Origin: Eubacteriales bacterium
GTDB taxonomy: Bacteria > Bacillota > Clostridia > Oscillospirales > CAG-272
Reading direction: 5' to 3'
Assembly: GCA_045652135.1 (NCBI GenBank)
Contig: JAZRTS010000031.1
Coordinates: forward strand, 3,246 to 67,245
Length of the DNA: 64,000 nucleotides
Below, in pieces: positions 53,689-63,664 of the stretch. Every line of letters begins with the position of its first letter. Within the stretch, counting starts at the first letter, position 1. Position numbers and translations under genes: made by a program. Below the pieces are notes generated by a model that ran no database searches, was not told the DNA's origin, and worked only from the letters and a program-made list of their open reading frames with translations.

Positions 53689-54633
53689 TCATTTACGGTG
53701 CAACAGCTTCATTAATATCGGCTTGACCGTACATTTCACGTTATATATCCACATCTTGTATTTTTTGCGCATCCTGCCGAGGAAAAGTGAAAACCGATAA
53801 GGCTTAAAAAATGCTCTGAGTGAATTTTTCAACGATTTTCCGTTACAAAGAAGATCAAGGTTGTATTCTTCGGATAAATACATCTGCTCCTTCGTGCTTA
53901 ACGTTCCGAAATGAACCAACATTACGCTGTACTTAAACTGTCCGTTTTTCACCTTCGCTTTTCCGTTAAGTATATCCGCATGCAATTTTTTTCCGTCTAC
54001 AGGGTAAAAAGAGAAAATCGTATATTTACCGTTTAAAGGATTTACTGAACGCACCGGACGAAGTCCGTAAAGTGCCATACTGAGCGCCATAAGCGGCTCG
54101 TCTGCGGGCTTACGGAAGTATTTGAATTTGTATTCGTAATAGTGATCTTTTATCTCACAGCAAGTGTCGTACACCTTATTCAGTATATCGCTTTTGCGGA
54201 AAAACATAATTCCGCCGTGCATATCGATACAGAACTTGACATCTTCGGCATAGCTTCCTATATTACAAAGCTTAAAAAACCCGTCATCGGATTCCTTCGG
54301 AAGCACGATACCGAAGCACGACACATCGTCTGCACCGTCAAACATATCGAAAAATACGTTAAGATCGCCGTACGCAAGACAGTCCGCATCGATAAATATC
54401 GTTTCGTCATACGGAACGATCTTGAGCAGCGACAGTTTATCAATATAGGAACGCGTTGCGTTTTCCAGAATGACAACGTCGTCAAACGCTTCCGTAAAAG
54501 AATTCTCTTTGTCGCATACAATGGCAAAGGGAAGTGGATCGGATGAAAAGTATCTGTAAGATCTGAGCAGATTGTACGCGATCTTATAGTATTGCTCATC
54601 ACCCGTCGCTATCGTAACAAAACCTCGTTTCAT
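53689..54633 (-). CDS. Nucleotide-diphospho-sugar (GT8-like) glycosyltransferase.
   Basis: ATG at 54633 (MKRGFVTIATGDEQY). GFVTIATG resembles the GT8 N-terminus, and FIDADCL is a DxD motif. Confidence 0.5.
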   Translation of the reverse strand: MKRGFVTIATGDEQYYKIAYNLLRSYRYFSSDPLPFAIVCDKENSFTEAFDDVVILENATRSYIDKLSLLKIVPYDETIFIDADCLAYGDLNVFFDMFDGADDVSCFGIVLPKESDDGFFKLCNIGSYAEDVKFCIDMHGGIMFFRKSDILNKVYDTCCEIKDHYYEYKFKYFRKPADEPLMALSMALYGLRPVRSVNPLNGKYTIFSFYPVDGKKLHADILNGKAKVKNGQFKYSVMLVHFGTLSTKEQMYLSEEYNLDLLCNGKSLKNSLRAFFKPYRFSLFLGRMRKKYKMWIYNVKCTVKPILMKLLHRK

Positions 54634-54707
54634 TATAAAGAGCAAAAAGTATTCTCTTTTTCAAGAGCTACTGCATTTTCCTTTCTGTATTTTCCTCAGA
54701 ATATCGG

Positions 54708-55691
54708 CTACAGGATCTCTCTGTATACTCTCAGAACGTTCTTGTAGAATATTTTCTCTATAAGATCGTCCGAGAATCCCTGACGTTTCATTTCGTCAAC
54801 AAACAGGGGCATATACGAAGCATTTGCCATTGCAAGGCCTTGACTTGAAATACCGTCATAGTCCGAGCCGAAGCCCACGGAATCCTCACCGCCCTTGTTC
54901 ACGAGGTGCTTGATGTGGTTTACTGCAAGCTCAAAGGATACACCGTATTCTTCACGTGTCAAGTCCTTCATAAACTCACAGCAGAAGTTGACACCCGCAA
55001 CACAGCCACGTTCGCCCATTTTCTTTATCATATCGTCGGATATGTTACGCGTATGGTCAAAAATGCTTCTTGCGTTCGTATGGCTGTCAACAAACGGCTT
55101 TTTGGAATGTTCCAAAATATCGTAAAGACCTTTATCGGAGATGTGCGCCGTATCAACGATGATGCCGAGATTTTCCATTTCCTCAACGAATTCAAAACCG
55201 AGAGGAGTAAGACCGTTTGCCGTTTCCTTGATATCAACACCTTTTTCGATGTCGATACCGTTGGGGGTTGTAAGCGAATTGTTATAATTCCAGCAAAGGT
55301 TCATCATTCGGACACCGCGCTCGTAAAAATGGCGCAGATTCTCTGTTTTACCCTCGCAGGCTTCGCCTTCCTCGACGGTAAGCAGGGCTGATAACAGCCC
55401 TGCTTTTGCGTTTTTCTCAATATCCTCGAATTTATAAACAGGTGCGATATAAGCTTTATTAAGCTCCAGCTGTTCATAATAGAGGTCGATGAGCGCGTTT
55501 GCGTAATTAAACGGCTCTTTTCTCGTTGCGAGATTCACAAATGCCGCAAAGTTCTGCACAAGGCAGTCGCCCTTTTGCAGTTTTTTTATGTCTATGTGAA
55601 GCTCATTTTCGTAAAGTGAATACTGTTGCCCTCTTTCCTTGCGGTAATACATTTCGGCAACCGTATCACAGTGCATATCGATATATTTCAT
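54708..55691 (-). CDS. Membrane (M19-family) dipeptidase.
   Basis: 327 aa. MKYIDMHCDT is a metal-binding HxD start, followed by DTAH and GFGSDYDG motifs. The ATG overlaps the upstream stop (TAATG). Confidence 0.75.
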   Translation of the reverse strand: MKYIDMHCDTVAEMYYRKERGQQYSLYENELHIDIKKLQKGDCLVQNFAAFVNLATRKEPFNYANALIDLYYEQLELNKAYIAPVYKFEDIEKNAKAGLLSALLTVEEGEACEGKTENLRHFYERGVRMMNLCWNYNNSLTTPNGIDIEKGVDIKETANGLTPLGFEFVEEMENLGIIVDTAHISDKGLYDILEHSKKPFVDSHTNARSIFDHTRNISDDMIKKMGERGCVAGVNFCCEFMKDLTREEYGVSFELAVNHIKHLVNKGGEDSVGFGSDYDGISSQGLAMANASYMPLFVDEMKRQGFSDDLIEKIFYKNVLRVYREIL

Positions 55692-58600
55692 TACATCAAA
55701 GACCTGTAAAGCGTTGAAAGTGTAGTTGTGTCTGTGATCTCTTTGTCTGCGATAACGATAAGACCGTCAACCGTTATTGTGATGACCTTGCCCTGTGCGG
55801 CAACGGCATCGTTTACGGCAACGTATGTAACGCCGCAAACCTTACCTGCATCTGTGAGTGAATCGGAGGAAAGTCCGAGTGTTGTTTCCGCAAATACTCT
55901 GGGCAGGTAAACAGTACCCTTTTCACCGAGCGCTACAGCCTTTGTGGAGTCTCCGCAAAGCATTACCTGCTGACCGCTGACATATGCGTTGTAGGAGCCT
56001 GCCTTGAGAACTACCATATTACTTTCGAGGCAAGCGGGAGCTGCCATTGTTGAGCCGTTTGTTGTGTATCTGTAGTTGAATCTGCCGTTGGGAGCAGCAT
56101 CGCCGAGGTCGAGGAACTGCATAATTTCCTTACCGTCTGCAACAGAATTGTCAGCCCACTTGAAGTCAAACGTGTCGCCGAGTGCAACCGTGCTCTTTGC
56201 AACCTTGATAACGATAGTATTGCCCGTTACCTTGAATTCAGCCTCACCTGCGGAGGAAAGACTCCATTCTGCGTTCTTTTCTGTTGTTGCGAACTTTTCA
56301 ACGGAAGCCTTGTCGCCGTTCTGTGAACGGTTGATTATGTAGTCATAACCGTACCAGCCTGTCTTGGCATCGCAGTCAACGTCGATAAAGAGGTTCATCC
56401 AGTTTGTTCCCTCTGCCGCTGTGATGTCAGAAGCACATTCAGCGTAGAAGTATACGTTATCAGCATCTGCCGATACCTTGGAAACAACAAAGTCGTTTCT
56501 GCCTGTTTCGTTTACATATTTTGCGTTTGATACGTAAGCAACCTCGTTACGGTGAGTGATGTCGCCCTGATAATCGCGGAATTCAGGACCTACAGCGTAC
56601 CACTGCGTGCTGTCGCCTGCAAGGTCAATAGTCTTCTGACCGAATGCGGACGGAATTGCTCTTGTACCCTTGTAATTTCTGATGTTGAGCGCTGTCTGGT
56701 AGTAGTAGTTATCCTTGTAAAGTCCCTTGACGGGTTCTACGTCACGTGAGAATTCGGGGTTGAATGCGTCAACGTAGTAGTTTTTCTTGAGCGGATCGCC
56801 TGAATCTACCTTGTATGTGTTGGCAACCGTCATACCGTCGTGGTTTGTAAGGGAGTTGGATTCCCATCTTCCTGCCCACCATTCGTTCCAGCCGACGATC
56901 ATAATAATACCGGGATTCTGTTCGATAGCGTTGTTGAAGTGTTCCTGATAAGCGATACCCTTACCGGATGTACCGTCGTTAACGAGTGAGAATGAATAAT
57001 CAGTTGAATCGGGCTGTTTACCGTTCGAGAAGCTTCTGCCCGCTGTTGCGCCGCAAGTGCCGTTTGCCCAGAAACCGGACATTACGATCATCTGCTCAAG
57101 CTCACCCTCGGGTGAAAGACCGGGCTTCTGGAATACGTCGCCCCAAGGCCAGCAGCCGTTACCGCGTGTTTCGCTGTACCATGACTGTGTGGAGTCTGCC
57201 CAGCTTCTGCGGAACGTGAAGAAATTGTTCATTTCTTCGGATTCGAGAACGTCGTTCTGTGCAAGTACCAAGGGCTTTCCGTCGTAGAAATACCAAAGAT
57301 CCTTGAATCTGTCTACGGAGTAGAGCATTGACCAAAGCTGGGGTATAGTAAGAGCTGCATTTGATGCGCCTACAAAGCTGTCGCCGCAGTGGAATACGAT
57401 CTGAGGTGTGTTGTATCCTTCTTCGCGCATATCAGCCATTGTGTTGAGTATGAGAAGGAGTGACTCCTCGTAAACGATACCGTTCGTGTAGTCGAAGAAC
57501 AAAAAGTCAACGCCTGCATCGTTAAGCATATACATATGCTTTCTTATTACCCAGGCATCGTTGGAATGATAGTAGCCGAAGTAAGGCTCAGCCCAGTAGT
57601 GCGCAAAGCCCTGCGAGCCTTGCTTCATAACACTTTCAAGACCTGCAACGCCGCCTTCGTAGTAAGCCTTGCTGTGGTCATAAAGCGTTCTGCCCGAACC
57701 CTGATGCCACATGAAGTAGAAGATACCAACGTCGTTGCCGTTTACAGCCTTTTCACCGGGAACGATAACTCTGCCCTCGTCATCTGTTGCTACCCAAGTG
57801 TCGGAGAATACATCCTTTGTAAAGAGGTAGTCGGGAGATGTGTCTGTCTTGTATATCGTGGATGAACCTGTGATTGTGAAGTTCCTTACGTATACCTTAT
57901 CATTTTTGTCAGGATAGTGACACCAGAAGGAAGCCTGACCGCTTTTGGGAACCTCGCAGTTGTTCGTGAATGCAGGTGTTGTTTTATTACCTTCATAAAA
58001 TTCTACCGTTGCATTCTCAGGGGTGCCCTTGATGACAACGCGTGCCAGGAGCACTTCCTTATCGTTATCATCATCGGCAAAGAATGATATTTCATTCTTT
58101 ACGGGATCGTCAACTACACGGAAGTGGCGAAGCTCCTCGAAGCTGACGGGGGAGGAAACGTACTGGTTACCGGGAGCGTTGGGCCATGTACCTACACGCA
58201 TACCGATGTTGTTCTGCTTGATAACAAACCATACACCCTCATTTACAGTCGGGTCATAGCCTGTGTTACGAAGACCGAAATAAAGAGCGTCCCAGCCTGT
58301 ACCGGGCATTGTACACTGGAGCTGGCCTTCATAAATGGATGTTGATGTTTCGCCGAAAGATTTTATAACTCTGAACTGCGAAACGGTTTCCTTGAGGAAC
58401 TGTGCGGAGGAGCTGTTATTTCTGCCCACTTTTATATTCATAGGCTGTGAGAAAACACCTGCGGCAACACTGTCCATATTAAAAGTGTATTTTTCGCTTA
58501 CAGTTTCGGTCTTTTCCGTGTACTGTGTCTGTGTGAGCTTGAGCTCACCTAAATTGGGATCATCCGTCACGCCGTTGGGCGCTGTGCCGACATCACCGGG

Positions 58601-58705
58601 GTTAGTATCGGTGTTCGTCGTTCCGTCACCCTTGTCACAGCCGACGCTGAATATCATCAGCGCCGCTATGAGGACGGACAATGATCTGCATAAAAACTTT
58701 TTCAT
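55691..58705 (-). CDS. Secreted lipoprotein, paralog 1: LamG-like N-domain, TIM-barrel glycosidase-like core, beta domain, and a C-terminal copper-amine-oxidase-N-like stalk domain.
   Basis: ATG at 58705 (MKKFLCRSLSVLIAALMIFSVGC lipobox, RBS GAAAGGA). Core motif WAEPYFGYYHSNDAWVIRKHMYMLNDAGVDFLFFDYTNG. Paralogous to the adjacent gene. Confidence 0.6.
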   Translation of the reverse strand: MKKFLCRSLSVLIAALMIFSVGCDKGDGTTNTDTNPGDVGTAPNGVTDDPNLGELKLTQTQYTEKTETVSEKYTFNMDSVAAGVFSQPMNIKVGRNNSSSAQFLKETVSQFRVIKSFGETSTSIYEGQLQCTMPGTGWDALYFGLRNTGYDPTVNEGVWFVIKQNNIGMRVGTWPNAPGNQYVSSPVSFEELRHFRVVDDPVKNEISFFADDDNDKEVLLARVVIKGTPENATVEFYEGNKTTPAFTNNCEVPKSGQASFWCHYPDKNDKVYVRNFTITGSSTIYKTDTSPDYLFTKDVFSDTWVATDDEGRVIVPGEKAVNGNDVGIFYFMWHQGSGRTLYDHSKAYYEGGVAGLESVMKQGSQGFAHYWAEPYFGYYHSNDAWVIRKHMYMLNDAGVDFLFFDYTNGIVYEESLLLILNTMADMREEGYNTPQIVFHCGDSFVGASNAALTIPQLWSMLYSVDRFKDLWYFYDGKPLVLAQNDVLESEEMNNFFTFRRSWADSTQSWYSETRGNGCWPWGDVFQKPGLSPEGELEQMIVMSGFWANGTCGATAGRSFSNGKQPDSTDYSFSLVNDGTSGKGIAYQEHFNNAIEQNPGIIMIVGWNEWWAGRWESNSLTNHDGMTVANTYKVDSGDPLKKNYYVDAFNPEFSRDVEPVKGLYKDNYYYQTALNIRNYKGTRAIPSAFGQKTIDLAGDSTQWYAVGPEFRDYQGDITHRNEVAYVSNAKYVNETGRNDFVVSKVSADADNVYFYAECASDITAAEGTNWMNLFIDVDCDAKTGWYGYDYIINRSQNGDKASVEKFATTEKNAEWSLSSAGEAEFKVTGNTIVIKVAKSTVALGDTFDFKWADNSVADGKEIMQFLDLGDAAPNGRFNYRYTTNGSTMAAPACLESNMVVLKAGSYNAYVSGQQVMLCGDSTKAVALGEKGTVYLPRVFAETTLGLSSDSLTDAGKVCGVTYVAVNDAVAAQGKVITITVDGLIVIADKEITDTTTLSTLYRSLM

Positions 58706-58736
58706 AATCATATGTCCTTTCAAATTTTAATTTCTA

Positions 58737-61718
58737 TTACATCAACGACTTATAAAGAACGTCGAGTACGCTCATATCTGTAATTTCGCTGTCTGCAATA
58801 ACGATAAGACCGTTATCGGAAACAGTTATTACCTTACCCGATGCCGTTACCGCATCGTTGATCATAACGTATTTAATGCCGTAATGCTCACCGACCTCTG
58901 TCAGCTTATCGGCTGCAAGGCCGAGCTTCTCTGATGCAAATGTTTCGGGAACATATATCTTGCCTTGCTCACCGATTGCTGTTGCCTTCGTGCTTGCGGC
59001 GCTTATCATTACCTGCTCACCGCCTACATAGGCATTGTATGAATTAGCCTTGAGAACTGTCATACCGCTTGTAAGTGCCGCAGGTGTGGGAGCTGTAACG
59101 GCTTCTGTCGTGTATCTGTAGTTGAATCTGCCGTTCGGAGCCGCATCGCCAAGGTCAAGGAACTGCATTATTTCCTTACCGTCGGAGATGGAATTGTCAG
59201 CCCACTTGAAGTCGAATGTGTTACCGAGAGCTACAACACTCTTTGCAACCTTGATAACGATAGTCTTGCCGTCAAGTTTGAATTCAGCCTCGCCTGCAGA
59301 TGAAACGCTCCATTCAGCGTTCTTTTCTGTCGTTGCGAACTTTTCAACAGATGCCATATTACCGTTCTGCGAACGGTTGATTATGTAATCATAACCGTAC
59401 CAGCCCGTGGAGGCGTTGCAGTCAACGTCGATAAAGAGGTTCATCCAGTTCGTTCCCTCTGCCGCCGTGATGTCATTTGCACATTCAGCGTAGAAGTATA
59501 CGTTGTCAGCGTCTGCCGATACCTTGGAAACAACGAAGTCATTTCTGCCCGTTTCGTTCTTGTACCATGAATCAACAACGGAACCGTCGCAGTCACGGTG
59601 GAGCGTATCGCCCTGATAATCACGGAATTCAGGGCCTACAGAGTACCACTGTACGGCACCGGCTGTCATATCAACGGTCTTCTGACCGAATGCGGTGGGA
59701 ACTGCTCTTGTTCCCGTGAACTTTCTTACGTTTGCAACCGTCTGATAGTAGTAGTTGTCCTTGTAAAGTCCCGTAACAGGCTCAATATCACGTGAGTATT
59801 CGGGGCTGAACAGGTCAATGTAGCTGTACTTTTTAACAGGGTCCTTCGAATCAACTCTGTATGTACCTGCAATAAGCTGACCGTCATTTTTAAGCTGATC
59901 CGTGGAGTGTCTTCCTGCGCCCCATTCGTTCCAGCCGATAAGCATAAGAACTGTCGGGTTTGTTTCGTGCGCACGGTCGAACTGTTCCTGATATGCAAGG
60001 CCCTTGCCTGATGTGCCGTTTGTTGTAAGTTCAAAGGAGAACTCGGAGTTCTTGGGCTGTCTTCCGTCCGAATAGCTTCTGCCGGGTTCGGAATTTGCCC
60101 AATAACCGGACATTACAACCATCTGCTCAAGCTCACCCGTTGTTGAATAACCGGGAGCCTGCGGAAATGTGTCAGCCCACGGCCAGCAGCCCTTGCCGTT
60201 TGTGTCCGTGTACCATTCTCCGTTTGAGTACGCCCAGCTGTCACGGAACGTGAATTTCGCCTTCAGGTCAGCGGTCATAGTCGCAACCGTTGCATCGTCT
60301 GCAAATACGAGGGGCTTGCCCTCCCACATGAACCAGAGGTCTTTATATCTGTCCTTGGAATATACGTTTGAAAATATTTCGGGAAGTGTTTTTGCAACGT
60401 TATCGGCTAACGTTCCGCAGTGGAATACCACCTTGGGAACCTTACAGCCTTCTTCTCTCATTTCAGAGAACGTGTCAAGTACCTTTTCATAGGCTCTCTT
60501 GAGCGACATACCGTTTGTTATGTCAAAGAAAATGAAATCGATACCTGCATCATTGAGCATATGTACGTGTTTTCTTATTACCCACTCATCCGTAGTTTCG
60601 TAATATCCGAAATACGGCTCTGCCCAGAAGTGCGCATCGTTGTTTGAGATTATGTTTTCAAGACGCTTTACACCGCCGGCTCCGTTATCGTCGCCATAGT
60701 AAAGCTCTGTATGGTTTACGTATTTACCGCTTCCCGTGGAATTGATAAAATAGAACATACCGATCTGCTTGTAATCGATAGCCTTGTCTGTGTACTGAAG
60801 CGATGTTCTGCCCTCATCGTCCGTTGCCACCCAAGTATCGGAGAAAACATCGGTGATGAAAAGCGGATCGGCATACGTGCTTCCGAGATATTCCTTCGTT
60901 GAACCCGTAACGGTGAAGTCCTCAAGGATGACCGGATGCTCCGAATAGTGGGAGAAAAATCCGATATATCCTGTTGCGGGGGGCGCTTCGGAAAGCTTGT
61001 TGGCAAGCACGGGAACATCGGGGTTTGAAGGAAGATATGCTCTTAACTTATCTTCGTTGATAACAATACGGAATATTTCTGTCTTTTCCCCTGCATCGTT
61101 GTCTGCATAAAGCGTGATAACGTTTGCCGCGTGGTCATCCTCTATGTAAAGGGTGCGCTTCGTGGAAAAGTCAATGGGACTGTCAACAAAATGTCCGCCG
61201 CTTGTCTGCCAGTCACCGACACGAAGGCCGAGCTGGTTTCCTCGCAACGCGAGCCATACACCGGCAGTGCCCGTCGGGCCGCGTCCGGGGTCAGTAAGTC
61301 TTAACCCAATGAACAGTGAGGCGTGAGGCGCCTTATAATCGGGAGTTTTATTCTGCAGTTTCGTTTTTACAACAGTCTTTTCATCCTCGGTAAACAGCTT
61401 GCTTAATTGAAGCAAGGAAAGCTTATCGGGGTTAAGCGTCATTCCGCTTCCTTTTCTGACGGGACTGCCTTCGGAGTAAAGAAAGGTTCCGTCTGCGATG
61501 GTCTTCGTGTTAAGCTCATACGTGACATTCTTAACGTTGTAGCTCTCACCTGCATCTGTTCGGGTGAGCGAAAGTGATGCACCCGGCTCGGACACAGAAG
61601 GAACATCGGATGATGTTGTATCTGTTTCACCGTTACCGCAGGCAAAAGTACTTCCTGCCATAAGAAGCGCCGTGATAAACGACACGGTCTTAAGCAGAGG
61701 TTTACTCATTTTTTTCAT
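58737..61718 (-). CDS. Secreted lipoprotein, paralog 2, with the same architecture.
   Basis: Lipobox LLMAGSTFAC, RBS AAGGAGAG. Core motif WAEPYFGYYETTDEWVIRKHVHMLNDAGIDFIFFDITNG. A block of ~150 aa is nearly identical to paralog 1. Confidence 0.6.
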   Translation of the reverse strand: MKKMSKPLLKTVSFITALLMAGSTFACGNGETDTTSSDVPSVSEPGASLSLTRTDAGESYNVKNVTYELNTKTIADGTFLYSEGSPVRKGSGMTLNPDKLSLLQLSKLFTEDEKTVVKTKLQNKTPDYKAPHASLFIGLRLTDPGRGPTGTAGVWLALRGNQLGLRVGDWQTSGGHFVDSPIDFSTKRTLYIEDDHAANVITLYADNDAGEKTEIFRIVINEDKLRAYLPSNPDVPVLANKLSEAPPATGYIGFFSHYSEHPVILEDFTVTGSTKEYLGSTYADPLFITDVFSDTWVATDDEGRTSLQYTDKAIDYKQIGMFYFINSTGSGKYVNHTELYYGDDNGAGGVKRLENIISNNDAHFWAEPYFGYYETTDEWVIRKHVHMLNDAGIDFIFFDITNGMSLKRAYEKVLDTFSEMREEGCKVPKVVFHCGTLADNVAKTLPEIFSNVYSKDRYKDLWFMWEGKPLVFADDATVATMTADLKAKFTFRDSWAYSNGEWYTDTNGKGCWPWADTFPQAPGYSTTGELEQMVVMSGYWANSEPGRSYSDGRQPKNSEFSFELTTNGTSGKGLAYQEQFDRAHETNPTVLMLIGWNEWGAGRHSTDQLKNDGQLIAGTYRVDSKDPVKKYSYIDLFSPEYSRDIEPVTGLYKDNYYYQTVANVRKFTGTRAVPTAFGQKTVDMTAGAVQWYSVGPEFRDYQGDTLHRDCDGSVVDSWYKNETGRNDFVVSKVSADADNVYFYAECANDITAAEGTNWMNLFIDVDCNASTGWYGYDYIINRSQNGNMASVEKFATTEKNAEWSVSSAGEAEFKLDGKTIVIKVAKSVVALGNTFDFKWADNSISDGKEIMQFLDLGDAAPNGRFNYRYTTEAVTAPTPAALTSGMTVLKANSYNAYVGGEQVMISAASTKATAIGEQGKIYVPETFASEKLGLAADKLTEVGEHYGIKYVMINDAVTASGKVITVSDNGLIVIADSEITDMSVLDVLYKSLM

Positions 61719-62338
61719 ACGTCTCTCCTTGTTCGTTCAAATTCAGCGCGTCATTTATGTCCGCGCAAAATGCAACTAACCGTATTATATAATATAATTT
61801 AAAAAAAGTGAAGCGAATTTACACTTATTTTTGTAAATTTTCATCTTTATTTAAATTTTCACGGCAATTTTTATATAAAAGATATATTTACCGTGATTTC
61901 ATTCAACGTGACGTAATTTCTCCTTCACCGCCGTTTCTTGCAGGAGGTGTCACAATGATTGCGTTATGGCAAACGGGAAAAACATTTCCGCCAATTTCAT
62001 ACGGATTTTACCTCAATCACAAAATTCAGTTTTTTTCATACAATATGACCGATATCAAAAAAATACATTTTCATACTTTTTTTACATTTCAAACTTGTTT
62101 TACGGGACCTTGCGTTAAGATATATTCCGTATTCTTCTTTTTACCCGAAGATTCCCTCCACTTTAATGAATATGTAAAATAATCGTTAATTTAATTATTT
62201 TCCTCTTTTATTTGTTAATAAGGTATGGTATAGTTATTTAGAATGTGTTTTTATGCTTTTTTTCGAATGCTGTAATACGGCAGCGTACGGCATTCTTTAA
62301 TATATATTACGTTTTTGCTGTCGGGAAACGGACTTTTT

Positions 62339-63628
62339 ATGGAGAATATTGTTATACACGGCGGAAATAAGCTGTTTGGCGAAATAGAAGTCAGCGGAAT
62401 GAAAAATGCGGCTGTTGCGGTAATACTTTCGTGTCTCCTCGTTAAGGATACCTGCACGATCGAAAATCTTCCGAATATAAGCGACGTACGTGCATCGTTT
62501 GATATACTCGAAAGCATGGGTGCTGTCGTCAAGCGCCTTTCGTCCACTACAATACAGGTGGACTGTACTCGCTGTAAGTGCGGCACGTCTCCCTATGAGC
62601 TTGTGCGAAAGATGCGTGCTTCGTATTATCTTATAGGCGCGGAGCTTGGCAGATTCCACCGCGCTTCCGTCGGATGCCCCGGCGGATGTGATTTCGGAAT
62701 CCGCCCCATTGACCAGCACATAAAGGGCTTTGAAGCGCTCGGCGCGACCGTAAACGTTGAGGGCGGATACGTTGAAGCATTTGCCGAAAACGGAATGATA
62801 GGCAATCAGGTGTATTTTGACGGTGTTTCCGTCGGTGCAACGATGAATATAATCATCGCCGCGGTGCTTGCAAAGGGAACGACCGTTATCGAAAACGCGG
62901 CAAGAGAACCGCATATCGTTGACCTTGCAAACTTTCTCAACACGTGCGGCGCTGAAATATCGGGCGCAGGTACGGACGTTATAAAGATAAAAGGCGTTGA
63001 ATCGCTCCACGGCTGTACGTATGCGATAATTCCCGATATGATAGAAGCCGGCACTTTTATGATCGCGGCAGCGGCAACGGGCGGCAGACTTAAAATAAAC
63101 AACGTAATTCCCAAGCACCTTGAATCCATCACGGCAAAGCTTGAGGAAATGGGTGTCACCGTTGAGGAGCTTGACGATGCTGTTATTGTACAGCGCGACG
63201 GTGAGCTTACCAGCGTAAACATAAAAACAATGCCTTATCCCGGATTTCCTACGGATATGAATCCGCAGATGTGCGCGCTTCTCTGCCTTGCAAGCGGCAC
63301 CAGCAGACTTTCCGAAAGCGTATGGGATACACGTTTCCGCTACGTTGAGGAACTGAAGCGTATGGGCGCAAACATCAAGGTTGACGGCAAGGTTGCCGTT
63401 GTTGAAGGCCCCGTTACATTTTCTGCGGCTCCCGTAAGGGCAGTTGACCTGCGTGCAGGTGCGGCAGTTATAATTGCAGGACTTGCGGCAAAGGGAAGAA
63501 CGGTAATCGATGATATTTATCACATCAAAAGAGGTTATGAGGACATCGTCGGCAAGCTCAGCACAGTCGGCGCAAATATAAAAGAGGTCCACACACCTGA
63601 CCCCGTACCGTACGAAAAAGCAAATTAA
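62339..63628 (+). CDS. murA: UDP-N-acetylglucosamine 1-carboxyvinyltransferase.
   Basis: ATG at 62339 (MENIVIHGGNKLFGEIEVSGMKNAAV). The active-site loop GCPGGCDFGIRPIDQH retains the Cys. Also DLRAGAA and a typical length (~429 aa). Confidence 0.9.
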   Translation: MENIVIHGGNKLFGEIEVSGMKNAAVAVILSCLLVKDTCTIENLPNISDVRASFDILESMGAVVKRLSSTTIQVDCTRCKCGTSPYELVRKMRASYYLIGAELGRFHRASVGCPGGCDFGIRPIDQHIKGFEALGATVNVEGGYVEAFAENGMIGNQVYFDGVSVGATMNIIIAAVLAKGTTVIENAAREPHIVDLANFLNTCGAEISGAGTDVIKIKGVESLHGCTYAIIPDMIEAGTFMIAAAATGGRLKINNVIPKHLESITAKLEEMGVTVEELDDAVIVQRDGELTSVNIKTMPYPGFPTDMNPQMCALLCLASGTSRLSESVWDTRFRYVEELKRMGANIKVDGKVAVVEGPVTFSAAPVRAVDLRAGAAVIIAGLAAKGRTVIDDIYHIKRGYEDIVGKLSTVGANIKEVHTPDPVPYEKAN

Positions 63629-63632
63629 AAGC

Positions 63633-63661
63633 AAAAGCTCCGTTTTAAACGGAGCTTTTTT
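63633..63661 (+). terminator. Rho-independent terminator of murA.
   Basis: aaagctccg-ttttaaa-cggagcttt followed by a T-run (63656-63661). Confidence 0.8.
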
Positions 63662-63664
63662 GAT

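Noticed and set aside
61808-61954. Upstream part of the 124-aa ORF 61808-62182.
   Set aside because: There is no RBS at the alternative start and the product has AT-rich junk composition. Only the distal 75 codons, which have a strong RBS, were kept as a low-confidence observation.
62297-63634. 445-aa minus-strand ORF.
   Set aside because: It is a full-length antisense shadow of murA, which is unambiguous on the plus strand.
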